Origin: a virus
Length of the DNA stretch: 64,000 nucleotides
Virus record (IMG/VR): IMGVR_UViG_3300042691_053984
Location: 32,001-96,000 of that record
Direction: 5' to 3' (one strand)
Shown: piece by piece, positions 28,360 to 38,650 of the stretch
Layout of the letters: every line of letters begins with the position of its first letter
Numbering within the stretch: position 1 is the first letter of the stretch
The notes under the pieces: model-generated
Told to the model about the DNA's origin: nothing
The model's input: only the letters and a program-made list of their open reading frames with translations
Databases searched by the model: none
Translations under genes and position numbers: made by a program

Positions 28360-29123
28360 GTTGTCCTGTTTTCAATTCTTCCAATTAACCTTAATTTTCT
28401 TAATTCATCAATTTCAGGTGCCTCTATTATTCCTGGTATTTTTTTGTAGTTTGTTGACCTATATTCGACTTTTTGCTCATTAGCAACGGGAACGTAGTAA
28501 TACGTAGCCAAAGACTTTCTAGATTTATCTTCTGGGCAGTTTAGAGGCTCTGGGTGTCCGTGGTTTGACGTCTGGTCTGTTCGAAAGATAACCATTCTTC
28601 CAAACAACGGTGAAATCTTTTTTACGCATTGCGACATCTTTGCGTCCCACATCTCAAGATCACCACCATATGATTCTTTCCAATCAGCATTCAAATATAA
28701 GATTACGTTTAATTTTCTAAACGCATTTAACTCTTTATGAATATTGAAGTCTTCATGAATGTCAAGTTTTCCGCCCCGCAAGATTTGGTGTAAGCCACCA
28801 CCGTTTAATTTGGGATCAGCTATTATCCCATAAATCCCAGAAATTTCTTCTAAAAAATTTATGAAGTCTTTTGACTTCATAAATTCAAAAAAATTATGAA
28901 ATATTACAGGTAATTTTTCAATTTCATTGAAAGCCAACTTTTTTTCTAGTGGGTTGTCGTACAACCACCACACTTTTTCAGTTGAGCTTGGAAAATTTTC
29001 CAACAATTCATGCAAAAATTCTTGTGTAAACAAATCATCTATTACGATGTGATTAAATGGTGTGGATGTTGCAAATATTTTTGCATACTGATTTGATAAA
29101 TTTTTTAAATTTTTTTTTAGCAT
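28356..29123 (-). CDS. 2OG-Fe(II) oxygenase (prolyl-hydroxylase-like fold)
   Basis: GGGLHQ...LDIHEDFN (HxD); LNVILYLN..W...GGDLE; HGHP; RKS. Confidence 0.9.
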   Translation of the reverse strand: MLKKNLKNLSNQYAKIFATSTPFNHIVIDDLFTQEFLHELLENFPSSTEKVWWLYDNPLEKKLAFNEIEKLPVIFHNFFEFMKSKDFINFLEEISGIYGIIADPKLNGGGLHQILRGGKLDIHEDFNIHKELNAFRKLNVILYLNADWKESYGGDLEMWDAKMSQCVKKISPLFGRMVIFRTDQTSNHGHPEPLNCPEDKSRKSLATYYYVPVANEQKVEYRSTNYKKIPGIIEAPEIDELRKLRLIGRIENRTT

Positions 29124-29130
29124 AAAGAAT

Positions 29131-29871
29131 TTAAACCTTATATTTTAAAATTAAATCTAATGCAATTGATTTAAATTGTTTATCTAACAGCTCTGCATTC
29201 TGTATCACACAGTGACCGCCAATACCATTAGTTGGTGGAGTTAAAACCGGCCTTACAACATTTGTTTTCCCAAGTTTTTTATAACCGTCATTGTAGGTAG
29301 AGTTATAAAACGTCATGACATCGCTAAAGTCTGCGTCAAAATGTTCGCAAGCCTTGAGCGCTTCGCCGTGATATGCAATGCATAATCCATAATAGCTTGT
29401 GTCAAGTAATTTGGCTAATTCGCTTGTTTCAGCATTTTTACACACACGATTTTTTATTCTTAAAAAATCAAAGTGTTCTGAAACTTTCGTGGCATCTGCA
29501 TGGACAGGCGAACCGATTAATTTTTCAAAAGTCAACAGTCCTTCATACAGGTGAGGATGCACCCCCCTGCACGGGGAGTGTGCAACAATTGTGTTTGGCA
29601 ACCTTTCTTTTATTTTTGAAGTTGTGCCTATTGCCACCGTAGAGTGAATAATCACGACCTTTGCGCAAGATTCAATGACATTTTGCACAACAGCTTCTAC
29701 AAAATCAAAAGATTCATTGTATGGAATTGAGACGTTTAAAACGTCTAATGATATTAGCCCATCATTTCTTTCGATGTCTTTGACAAAGATATTAAATTTT
29801 TCATCAGCTAGGTAAAGCTGATGGATGGCTTTTCCAATTTCTCCGTACCCTAAGATGCCAATTCTCATCAT
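29131..29871 (-). CDS. Second nucleotide-sugar 6-dehydrogenase (short, intein-free)
   Basis: GILGYGEIG; HSTV..GTT; ELAKL; GIGGHCV. Confidence 0.8.
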   Translation of the reverse strand: MMRIGILGYGEIGKAIHQLYLADEKFNIFVKDIERNDGLISLDVLNVSIPYNESFDFVEAVVQNVIESCAKVVIIHSTVAIGTTSKIKERLPNTIVAHSPCRGVHPHLYEGLLTFEKLIGSPVHADATKVSEHFDFLRIKNRVCKNAETSELAKLLDTSYYGLCIAYHGEALKACEHFDADFSDVMTFYNSTYNDGYKKLGKTNVVRPVLTPPTNGIGGHCVIQNAELLDKQFKSIALDLILKYKV

Positions 29872-29890
29872 AAAACCCCAAAGTTGATGA

Positions 29891-30778
29891 TCATAATAAT
29901 CTATGATCGTTAGCAATGTTTTTATAAAGTTTAACAATTTCATCTATGTGAAATCGTTTAGCAACCTCGTATGAAGAATCTGATAGGAATTTTCTTTGAT
30001 CAACGTCATCAATTAAAATATTTAGATTTTCTATCAATTCATCAATATTTTGAATTTTTATGTATGCGTTATAGCCAAACTGATCAAAGCTTTCATAAGG
30101 AATACTGATTGTTGGTATTCCATAACTTTGAAAGTTTGATAATTTGGTATTTGGTTTGTATTTTTTTATAGCCTCAATTACGGTACTAGAGTGTGATGAC
30201 TCATCTAAAAAGATGAGACCGATATCAAGAGACATAAAAATTTCATCGCATTTTTCTCTTGTGCTTGGGGAAACATTGACAAAATCAATGTTTTTTTCTT
30301 TACAAAAATTTATAATTTTGTCTGCCTGGCTTAATTGCTCGGGTAGACCTACGTAACCTATTTTAGTTACTTTTTTATTTAAATTTATTTTTTTATAATC
30401 AGTGTTTGTAGTGTGATGGGGAATAACAAAAATAGGCTTTTTTATGAATTGCTCTAATTCACTCTTGCATAAATCATTGTTGACAATGAAAAAATCATAA
30501 ACATCATGACAATAGTTTTTTAGCTGTATGTCTTTGGCTCCTCTAAAAAAAGCGTCGCCGACGGGCATGTCTAAAATGTCATAGCCTATGATTTTATTGT
30601 TTTTTTTATTTAGTTCAGCAATACCTGGAATGTGATTTCTAATCATTATTGAAAATTGATTTTTGCCAACCTTGGATTCATGACTGTTAAAAAATTCAGA
30701 GTTTTCAATTTTAGATGAAATCTGCTTGCCTCTAATGAGGCCTGATGTTCGATCGCTCAATCCTAAAAAATTGATCAT
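29891..30778 (-). CDS. Glycosyltransferase-like protein (GT-B-like)
   Basis: SGLIRG.QI; KIGYVG; KPNTKL.NFQSYGIP. Confidence 0.6.
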   Translation of the reverse strand: MINFLGLSDRTSGLIRGKQISSKIENSEFFNSHESKVGKNQFSIMIRNHIPGIAELNKKNNKIIGYDILDMPVGDAFFRGAKDIQLKNYCHDVYDFFIVNNDLCKSELEQFIKKPIFVIPHHTTNTDYKKINLNKKVTKIGYVGLPEQLSQADKIINFCKEKNIDFVNVSPSTREKCDEIFMSLDIGLIFLDESSHSSTVIEAIKKYKPNTKLSNFQSYGIPTISIPYESFDQFGYNAYIKIQNIDELIENLNILIDDVDQRKFLSDSSYEVAKRFHIDEIVKLYKNIANDHRLL

Positions 30779-31593
30779 ATTTCTGTTTTACTCGCGATGA
30801 TTACATGTTGGTAAGTTTTACCGCTCCACAACTTGACATACTCTTGCGAACGTAAATTTAGTTTAAATAAAAGTTTTGAAACTTGTTCGACATTTGGTTG
30901 ATAAATATGACCGAATGGTTCTTGATTAAGCGGTCTAGCATCTACAGGAAATGATAGCATCAATTTTCCAGTTGAAGAAATAATCTTTGATATATCAACC
31001 AATATTTGCTCACCTTGCTCTGGCGTTAAATGCTCTAGCACTTCTGCAAACATGATCAAATCAAAAAAATCGCCCTTATACAAGTTTGACAAAGACGTTC
31101 TGTCTGCATCAAAGTAACTTGCATTTATTCCAAAAATAGTCTGTAGCTCAAGATAGCATGGGAGTATATCTGCTGAGTAGAAATCAAAATTTGCCTTGTA
31201 AAATTCTTTGTAGAGAATGTTGCTATGAATTCCGTGGCATGGCCCAATATCTAAATAAGTTTTTGCATTTTCTTTTTTTGAAAGAAAGTTTTCCCATGAC
31301 CATTTAGGTCTAATCCCAAATCCTTTAGACCAAGCGGGTTCAATTAATTCTTTTAGAATCCATTGCTTAATGGACTGTTTTTCAAGCAAAGATAGATCAT
31401 TATAATTTTCAATGAAACTTTTGAACTCTTGCTCTAGTTCTTTAGACATAACATCTGTTCTGTTGTAGCAATAGTTCTCTAATTCTTGGTTTGTGTGTGG
31501 GCAAAAAGTTTTGCCCCATTTTTGAAAAAAATCATTATCAAAGTTCTTTGAATTTAATTTTCTGAAAATCTCTTCATGGGGCATATCAAACAC
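30775..31593 (-). CDS. Class I SAM-dependent methyltransferase
   Basis: YLDIGPCHG; FDLIMFAEVLEHL; GKLMLSFP. Confidence 0.85.
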   Translation of the reverse strand: MFDMPHEEIFRKLNSKNFDNDFFQKWGKTFCPHTNQELENYCYNRTDVMSKELEQEFKSFIENYNDLSLLEKQSIKQWILKELIEPAWSKGFGIRPKWSWENFLSKKENAKTYLDIGPCHGIHSNILYKEFYKANFDFYSADILPCYLELQTIFGINASYFDADRTSLSNLYKGDFFDLIMFAEVLEHLTPEQGEQILVDISKIISSTGKLMLSFPVDARPLNQEPFGHIYQPNVEQVSKLLFKLNLRSQEYVKLWSGKTYQHVIIASKTEI

Positions 31594-31608
31594 TCTTTGG
31601 TTTGCAAT

Positions 31609-32589
31609 TTAAATTTTTATTTGTTGATCAATCCAGTCATAGGTAATATTAACACCTTCTATTAAAGGTTGTTTAGGTTTCCAACCTACTTTTAAATAAA
31701 TTAAGTTGTTATCTGAATTTCTTCCCCTTACGCCCACTGGGCCGTCAATATTTTTAATATTGATATGCTTGCCAGCTATAAAGGCGACCATCTTCACAAG
31801 ATCATTTATTTTGATCATCTCTTCAGAACCGATGTTGACAGTAGATTGACAATCTGATCTCATCAGCCTGAGAACACCTTCTACACACTCATCGACATAA
31901 AGAAAGGATCGCGTCTGTTGTCCATCACCCCACACCTCTATGGTTCCACCATCGTCACATTCAGCGACTTTTCTACAGATGGCAGCTGGTGCTTTTTCTT
32001 TTCCGCCCCGCCACGTTCCCTCAGGACCAAATATGTTGTGGAATCTTGCAATTCTCACGTCCAAGCCGTAGTTTCTGGCGTGTGATAGATACAGCCTTTC
32101 GCTGAAAAGCTTTTCCCACCCATACTCGCTGTCTGGCGCAGCTGGGTATGCGGATTCTTCTGAACACAGGGGATTTTCTGGATCTGTCTGATTATACGCC
32201 GGATAGATGCACGCAGATGATGAATAGAATATTTTGGGCTTTTTAGCAAATTTCACCGCGTTTGAGACAACATTCAAATTGATTGTCGCCGAGTTGTGCA
32301 TCACATCGGCATCGTGGTCTCCCGTAAAGATATATCCAGCACCGCCCATGTCAGCAGCAAGCTGATAGATCTCATCAAATCCATCGTCCCATGCCTTATT
32401 AAGGTGCATCACGGTCATCACTGTACTATGATCGCGCAGGTCACCTATGACAAACTCATCGGCGGCAGTTTGAGAAAATTCAGGATATTTGAGGTCTACT
32501 CCCCTTACCCAATATCCTTCATTTTTTAACCTCTTCACAAGGTGGGAACCGATGAAACCGCCTGCACCGCAGACTAATACTTTTTTCAT
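31609..32589 (-). CDS. GDP-mannose 3,5-epimerase (GME)-like SDR
   Basis: LAADMGGAGYI; YSSSACIYP; AYPAAPDSEYGWEK; RFHNIFGP.GTW.GGKEKAPAA. Confidence 0.88.
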   Translation of the reverse strand: MKKVLVCGAGGFIGSHLVKRLKNEGYWVRGVDLKYPEFSQTAADEFVIGDLRDHSTVMTVMHLNKAWDDGFDEIYQLAADMGGAGYIFTGDHDADVMHNSATINLNVVSNAVKFAKKPKIFYSSSACIYPAYNQTDPENPLCSEESAYPAAPDSEYGWEKLFSERLYLSHARNYGLDVRIARFHNIFGPEGTWRGGKEKAPAAICRKVAECDDGGTIEVWGDGQQTRSFLYVDECVEGVLRLMRSDCQSTVNIGSEEMIKINDLVKMVAFIAGKHINIKNIDGPVGVRGRNSDNNLIYLKVGWKPKQPLIEGVNITYDWIDQQIKI

Positions 32590-33186
32590 TTATTGCCCCC
32601 TGAATTTTGCTTTTAACTGTAGGTGATTTAAACCATCACTTTGTAAGTGTTTAACTTTTTCCCAAGAAACATACTTGGTATTAATATACCAATCTTCAAA
32701 ATTATAGTCTATACCAGCGTGATGGTGATGAACGTCAGAGCATAAAAGAGTAAATCCGTGGTCAAGAAAGATTTTTCTTGATTCATTTTTTATTTTGCTG
32801 CCAAATCTATATTCATCATGTTCATATGTTATAGCCCCAAATTCAATTGAGTTAAATGGCATGTTTTGTAAACATTTCAAGGTTATTGATGCGGGCTCAA
32901 GGTCTAATGACAAATAATCATAATATGAATTCTGAAAATCAGAAAGTTGCAGATTAGTGCAATCTTTTATTCCAAAATGACAGTTTCTTTTTCCCTGAAA
33001 TCTTTTAATGAAATTTTCATCTATATCATAACAGGATCCATTCCAGCCGTATTCAGACTCTAGAAGAAAAGTATTTGAAATATTGGTGGGATCATTACAC
33101 CCAAGGTCTAAAAAAGTCCCATTTTTTTTATGATCAAAAACTTCAAGAACAAAAATATCTTGATTTGCCTGTGAATAGTTTGTCAT
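32590..33186 (-). CDS. FkbM-like methyltransferase
   Basis: YSQ..QD.FV; GTFLDLG; SNT.LLE...GW.G; DYLSLD.E. Confidence 0.8.
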   Translation of the reverse strand: MTNYSQANQDIFVLEVFDHKKNGTFLDLGCNDPTNISNTFLLESEYGWNGSCYDIDENFIKRFQGKRNCHFGIKDCTNLQLSDFQNSYYDYLSLDLEPASITLKCLQNMPFNSIEFGAITYEHDEYRFGSKIKNESRKIFLDHGFTLLCSDVHHHHAGIDYNFEDWYINTKYVSWEKVKHLQSDGLNHLQLKAKFRGQ

Positions 33187-33965
33187 TTTACTGTCCTGTG
33201 CAGAGTTTCTTTATTTGGCTTTAGCAAAAGATCGTAATATCTTTCGTAAAATATTTTTTGGTTTTTTTCATTAGAGGTTTTCCAAACGCTATGACTTTTT
33301 GGATTTTCTCTTGTAGTTCCCCATTGCTTTTCTGAAATAAATTTAACTGAATAAGAGCCGCAAAACCAGCCTTTTTCTTTTGCCCTGTAGCAAATGTCAT
33401 GATCATCCCAAACAAAAGGTGCATAAACTTCATCAAAAAAATTTAACGATAAAGCCTTATCACGATCAAGTGCAAGCGGTCCCCTGTTTACAGAATCTCT
33501 GATTTCGATTCTATCACGAGGGCCCTTAAGACCGTTAGTAATTTCACCATGTTTGATAAGATCGTGTCCTGAGCCTGGTTTTTTTCCGGTCAAGTAGTTA
33601 TTGTGCGCATTTTTTGCCGTAACTGCAAAAATATCATCATAAACTTGCAAGGGCTTTATTATCCTTGAGTCCCAACCTAATTCGTCAACAACTACGTCAT
33701 CTTGCACAAGTATAACATATTTTTGGGTTGCTTCTCTTAATCCTGCGTTATTTGCCTTTGTTTCAAAGACGTCGTCTGTAAAAACTACTTTATGAATAAT
33801 GTCGCAGTTTCCAAGTCGTTTTTCAACCAAATATTGAGAATTGTCAGTACAACCATCTAAGACAATTATTAATTCTGACATATCTTTTGACAAAGATAAA
33901 ATAGACCCAAGACAACGCTCAACGAGATTTTCTTTATTGTGTATTGTAAGGACTACACTTAACAT
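33183..33965 (-). CDS. Glycosyltransferase family 2
   Basis: SVVLTIHN; IVLDGCTDNS; LVQDD; DDHDIC. Confidence 0.88.
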   Translation of the reverse strand: MLSVVLTIHNKENLVERCLGSILSLSKDMSELIIVLDGCTDNSQYLVEKRLGNCDIIHKVVFTDDVFETKANNAGLREATQKYVILVQDDVVVDELGWDSRIIKPLQVYDDIFAVTAKNAHNNYLTGKKPGSGHDLIKHGEITNGLKGPRDRIEIRDSVNRGPLALDRDKALSLNFFDEVYAPFVWDDHDICYRAKEKGWFCGSYSVKFISEKQWGTTRENPKSHSVWKTSNEKNQKIFYERYYDLLLKPNKETLHRTVK

Positions 33966-34546
33966 TAGCGCCAAACCTCAAAATTCTTGCAAGTTTTTTT
34001 TATGGTTTCTATTAAGTCTAATTTAACGGCACGATAATCTTCTTCTTTGTCCATGAAAAATCTTTCGTGAAATTCAACATATAAATCGTCTATATAGCTT
34101 AATGAATCAGTGTCTATTAAGTCTTTCAATACGGCAAATTCAGCACCCTCAATATCTAGTTTAACAACTACTTTTTCTGAATTTTTTGATATTGACTTTA
34201 ATAGATCGCTTAGACGTAAACACTCAACATCCTCAACCGCCGCCCAGTTGTGAACAGATTTCCAGGTTTTATCAGTAGGAGGAGGAGCTGAAAGAACCGT
34301 AGATGAACAACCGGCCAAATTTGCTCCCTCACAATGAATTTTTATTTTTCCAACATCACACCAGACAGCCTTATTTTCGTGAATTAATTCATATTTTGCT
34401 GTCGGTCTGTGATTAAGAGATGACTTAAATACATGAGGATTTGCCTCAAATGAATAAACCATCCAATTATTGTCAAAACGATATTTCTTTTCAAATTCTT
34501 TAAGACCTTGAAAAAAATAAGTTCCGCAATCTATGAAATATTTCAT
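33965..34546 (-). CDS. FkbM-like methyltransferase
   Basis: FIDCG; YSFEANP; VKLDIEGAEF; YVEFH. Confidence 0.88.
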   Translation of the reverse strand: MKYFIDCGTYFFQGLKEFEKKYRFDNNWMVYSFEANPHVFKSSLNHRPTAKYELIHENKAVWCDVGKIKIHCEGANLAGCSSTVLSAPPPTDKTWKSVHNWAAVEDVECLRLSDLLKSISKNSEKVVVKLDIEGAEFAVLKDLIDTDSLSYIDDLYVEFHERFFMDKEEDYRAVKLDLIETIKKTCKNFEVWR

Positions 34547-34547
34547 T

Positions 34548-35252
34548 TCAACCTCTCACATTAAACCTAATACCAGGTATTCGTTGTAATTTTGTTAATT
34601 TGTGTTTTTCAAACAACACACTTAACACACTTTGATCATATCGATTAAATTTGTATTCTGGATAATTTGCAACATCTGTCATGATGTCATCTACGATACA
34701 TTCTTTTTCACAGCAAAAATTTAACCATTCATCTATTATTTCTTTTGTTGTCTTAGACGCGACAGCAACCAAAAAGCCTGCCTCAATCATTTGAGCATTT
34801 TTATATTTATCGTTATCACAATTCATCTTAATTAGACATTCACGCTTAGTAGATACCAGAATTTTATTCTTGCTTTTGTTTTGATGCCACGCTAAAATAA
34901 AAGTATCATTTTTTATAAGATAATCAATGATAAATTTAACTGTATCACTTGTGATGCTATCTGTGCTATCAACATATATGACAATATCGCCATCACTTGC
35001 TTGGTTTAATAATTTTTGTAGGAAATAAGGTTTCCAGATGCAAAAACCTGCACCTTTTTTGGATTGCGCAATTTCTTTGTGATTTTGGTAAAAATCGCTG
35101 TTAACAAATTCAAGATCAAGATTTAAGTGTTTTTCATCAAAAGAAATATGGCTTAAATCGTCATCTTTTATAATGAAAGAAATTTCATTTTGTATTTTTT
35201 GCTGCGAACTCAAGTGCGTTGCATTTGCGCACGTCAGAAACGTTAATTTCAT
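34548..35252 (-). CDS. Putative glycosyltransferase-like protein
   Basis: GAGFCIWKPY; IYVDS (DxD-like); RYDQSVLS. Confidence 0.6.
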   Translation of the reverse strand: MKLTFLTCANATHLSSQQKIQNEISFIIKDDDLSHISFDEKHLNLDLEFVNSDFYQNHKEIAQSKKGAGFCIWKPYFLQKLLNQASDGDIVIYVDSTDSITSDTVKFIIDYLIKNDTFILAWHQNKSKNKILVSTKRECLIKMNCDNDKYKNAQMIEAGFLVAVASKTTKEIIDEWLNFCCEKECIVDDIMTDVANYPEYKFNRYDQSVLSVLFEKHKLTKLQRIPGIRFNVRG

Positions 35253-36052
35253 GTTGTGGCCTTTTTCAGATGAGATGCGCGAATTATGCAATCTTTCTTT
35301 GCGTCATAGCTGTAACAATGGTGCTCAAACCACTCAGTCGACTCCATGACAGGCACGTCATTCTTGTGGAGAAAGTAGCAGTTTGCGACCTGATCGCTTG
35401 TATTGAATACTTTTGAGACAAGGGACGGATTTTCAGGAAACTTATTCACACTTGAGATGTCCACTGATATGAGTTTTTCACAAAACTCAGGTATCTGCCT
35501 TGCGACATCATTCCACTTGCTTGACAGTCCCCACGTGCCCGTGTTGTAGATGAAGAATTGATCAGTGCCGAAAGCTCCACGCGCCGCAAGCTTCTCGCCC
35601 CAGTAATCACGTCCGTTTGCACACAACCTTTCTTTCTTCCACACGATTGCACCGTCGTGCTTTAATAGGTCATCTATTGGCTTCAGGCACGTGAGGTCGT
35701 TGTCAAGCTTAAGCACGCTGTCGTTACTTTTCAATTGATGATCAAATACTTGAATGAGTGGCCAGAAGCAGTACCAGTGCTGCGTCCATTCATCGATGAG
35801 TTTTGTTGCATCAACAATCGACAAGTTGCGCCTATCAACCTTATACGATGACAATTTTTCATCCAACAGGTTGACATCGTCAGTCAAGATCTCATATGGT
35901 AGGTGAGGATTGTGATGTAGAAAGGTGGCGATAGATGCCGCTGAATATGTAAAAATATAATCCTTGTTCTTGTATGCTGTGTTGGCCCAAGGTCGACCGG
36001 TCTGTTGCATCTTTGCGATGTTGTAATCAAATATGAGGCTGAATATCTTCAT
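35249..36052 (-). CDS. Putative GT-A-fold glycosyltransferase
   Basis: VLKLDNDL (DxD); YNTG; DQ motif; cluster context. Confidence 0.55.
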   Translation of the reverse strand: MKIFSLIFDYNIAKMQQTGRPWANTAYKNKDYIFTYSAASIATFLHHNPHLPYEILTDDVNLLDEKLSSYKVDRRNLSIVDATKLIDEWTQHWYCFWPLIQVFDHQLKSNDSVLKLDNDLTCLKPIDDLLKHDGAIVWKKERLCANGRDYWGEKLAARGAFGTDQFFIYNTGTWGLSSKWNDVARQIPEFCEKLISVDISSVNKFPENPSLVSKVFNTSDQVANCYFLHKNDVPVMESTEWFEHHCYSYDAKKDCIIRASHLKKATT

Positions 36053-36780
36053 CTAATCCTGATCCCCCTCACTGCTGGGTTGATGTTGTATGTCAGGAAC
36101 ATGCTTCTCATCACTTCAGGATATTGATCCACGTTCCACTTCCCTTTATTTATCGCAGTGCACACGTAGGGGTACACGATTGAATCGTAGTGAGCGCTTC
36201 TGGCGACTTTAGGCTCTCCATTGTATATCATGGTGCCTTTGATCCCGAGCTCACGTGCACCATTGTTCCATTCCTCTGACTCAAGCCACTTTTGAGATTT
36301 GACGTGTTCGTACAACTTTCTGAGAGAGTCTTTTTTCCATAACGTGGCCTGCATCGAAAATGCGTCTCGACTTTCCATGTGAACCTCATAGAGGTCGTCC
36401 ACCACGTGTCTATCAAGTGGCATCTGATATCCACAACGTATCAATCGCACGTAATCATAACTGCTGGTGTTCAGGAAGTCTGCGTACTTCTCTATCTTGT
36501 CTGCCAAGATGTCAGAAAAAAGAATAAAGTCCTCCTGTGAATAGATGACGTAATCCTCCTTTACTGATTCAAGACATTTCGTGTACTGCGTCCAGTATGG
36601 ATCTGAATTGTTATAGGTGATCAGTTCGTGATTGTCGTGAGTCCACAATTTCCTCGACTCTTCGTCAGAGAACGCGTAACTCTTTGCGCCGCAAAGGTGC
36701 CTGTCAAGCTGACCGAAGTGCATGGGCCAGACGTCGTTGTACTTTGAAGTTGTGTAAGTGATGACTGCAAACCTTGACAT
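36049..36780 (-). CDS. Putative glycosyltransferase-like protein
   Basis: YVIYSQEDFIL; YVRL; QATLWKK; cluster context. Confidence 0.5.
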   Translation of the reverse strand: MSRFAVITYTTSKYNDVWPMHFGQLDRHLCGAKSYAFSDEESRKLWTHDNHELITYNNSDPYWTQYTKCLESVKEDYVIYSQEDFILFSDILADKIEKYADFLNTSSYDYVRLIRCGYQMPLDRHVVDDLYEVHMESRDAFSMQATLWKKDSLRKLYEHVKSQKWLESEEWNNGARELGIKGTMIYNGEPKVARSAHYDSIVYPYVCTAINKGKWNVDQYPEVMRSMFLTYNINPAVRGIRIR

Positions 36781-36782
36781 TT

Positions 36783-37718
36783 TTACCCCAGCTTGTTTGT
36801 TATTTCTTGTGCACGTTTGATAGAGGTGTGATGTCCCAAGGCGTGATTAAATCCAGCTACGCCTATTTTTCGAGACAAATATGAGTCCCTTAGCAACAAT
36901 TGCAACTTTACCTCAAATTCATTCATGTCAGAATATGTGACTGCATGCTCCATGTTGAGGAAAGGATTGGGAACGATTGTTTGGTACTTTTGGTACAAGC
37001 AGCACGATTTTGCTCCGACTGCTTCATAGAACCTGTCGCAGTTGTCTCCGCCTCCCCATGCATCAATCACAATCCGAGAGCGTGAGATCATGCTCTTGTA
37101 TTCCTCCGGATTCAGGGAGTTTCCCACACAGATCTTGTAGTTCGAAGACCGAGAAAGTTCTTGAAGTCTGCGAAAAATCGGTTCTCTTAGGCCTGTTGCT
37201 GTTTGACCAAACACACAGAACACATCTATGTCCTTTTCAAAGTCAGGGGTGATGTGCCTGTCCATCATACCAAAAGGTAGGGGTGTGATTCCCTTGTTTA
37301 AGTCTTCAGGATATGTCTCTCGTTTAAAGTAAAAATCGACAGCCTGTAACATTGGTTCATTTATCCAGTGAGCGCCTCGCCTCATTCTTGGGCAGACTAG
37401 CGAGGCTTTCATCTGATTCTGTTCTGGATAACCCGTGTTTGTCCATTCACTTCCGTCGACATAGACTTTTTTTACGTCATTTATGTCTGCAAATAAGTGA
37501 TGCTTGGGTGGCTTGTTGTCTCTCACTTTTCCAAAAAAATACACGATTGCATCTGCGTCGTGTAACTCGAGTCTCAAGACTTCATCAGCGCACGACTCTG
37601 TGATTCCGTTACCGACGTCCGATGCATACAATTCGCAGTTTAATTTTTTGAAACCTTCGATGACACACTCAGCGGTGTAATCTCGTTTTCTATCTGGGGT
37701 GATGAGTATGAGCTTCAT
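36783..37718 (-). CDS. Glycosyltransferase-like protein (GT-B)
   Basis: DIDVFCVFG; SRSRIVID.WGGGD...RFYEA. Confidence 0.7.
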   Translation of the reverse strand: MKLILITPDRKRDYTAECVIEGFKKLNCELYASDVGNGITESCADEVLRLELHDADAIVYFFGKVRDNKPPKHHLFADINDVKKVYVDGSEWTNTGYPEQNQMKASLVCPRMRRGAHWINEPMLQAVDFYFKRETYPEDLNKGITPLPFGMMDRHITPDFEKDIDVFCVFGQTATGLREPIFRRLQELSRSSNYKICVGNSLNPEEYKSMISRSRIVIDAWGGGDNCDRFYEAVGAKSCCLYQKYQTIVPNPFLNMEHAVTYSDMNEFEVKLQLLLRDSYLSRKIGVAGFNHALGHHTSIKRAQEITNKLG

Positions 37719-38650
37719 TTTTCCATGATTCTAAGGTATGAATTGAAAGAGGAAACTGAATTTAAAGATTCAGCATCTATTTTTGACGTCAGTTTTTTTC
37801 TCTGTTCAAACACTTTAAACACTGTGTTCAACACGTCATCAGGAGAGCCAAATTGAATTCCGTAGTTTTTGCACATTTCCACGATTCCACCACCATCTTT
37901 GTGATATGCAACCGGTAGCCCACATGCAGCCGCCTCAATGTGATGCATTCCACAGGCCTCCCAACGGGCGGCGGTGACGTACACATCGTGTTTCTTTAAC
38001 TCATTCCCCAATTCTTTTCCATATAAAGGCGAAATGACCTTTGTGTTTTGTGGTACGTAGTCCTTGTAGTACCGACCGATGTACGTGAACTCAATGTCTT
38101 TCCTACCTGATATTACTTTGTCAAGTTCAATATATGAGTCAAATCCCTTGTTGTAATTGTCAGACCAGTGATGAGTCACAACCTTGACAACATTATCTTC
38201 TTTTTCAGGCTTACCTAGTGGATTGAAGTGGTACAGATTCGTACCGTTTCTGATTACGTAAGAGTCTTTCCTGAATCCCTTTTCCTGATAGTGTTTTTGC
38301 AACCATTCGCTTATGAAGATGGTTTCATCCGCAATCGCAGCATTCGCCCTGATATTGAGATCCACCAAAAAATTGGTGCCTCTTGGAATGTCGCTATCGT
38401 TGATTCGATGTACGACTTTTACGTTCTTTCCGCTGCTTTTTAAATGGTGTTTAAATTGCAACAGTTGATTTATGTCACCAAAACCTTCATCATCACGTGG
38501 ATCGACCATGAATATGATGTCAACGTCTGGGTGATATTCATTTGTCACCTGATGCCCCAACTTTGTCAAATAATCTGCAAAGCCTGTGACAAAATGAACA
38601 CCGCCGCCCCAAGGAGTACGTCTGAATTTTCTGTTAAAAAATATTTTCAT
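37715..38650 (-). CDS. Glycosyltransferase GT4-like
   Basis: PWGGG..F; IRNG.N...F; EACGMHHIEAAACGLPV. Confidence 0.85.
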   Translation of the reverse strand: MKIFFNRKFRRTPWGGGVHFVTGFADYLTKLGHQVTNEYHPDVDIIFMVDPRDDEGFGDINQLLQFKHHLKSSGKNVKVVHRINDSDIPRGTNFLVDLNIRANAAIADETIFISEWLQKHYQEKGFRKDSYVIRNGTNLYHFNPLGKPEKEDNVVKVVTHHWSDNYNKGFDSYIELDKVISGRKDIEFTYIGRYYKDYVPQNTKVISPLYGKELGNELKKHDVYVTAARWEACGMHHIEAAACGLPVAYHKDGGGIVEMCKNYGIQFGSPDDVLNTVFKVFEQRKKLTSKIDAESLNSVSSFNSYLRIMEK

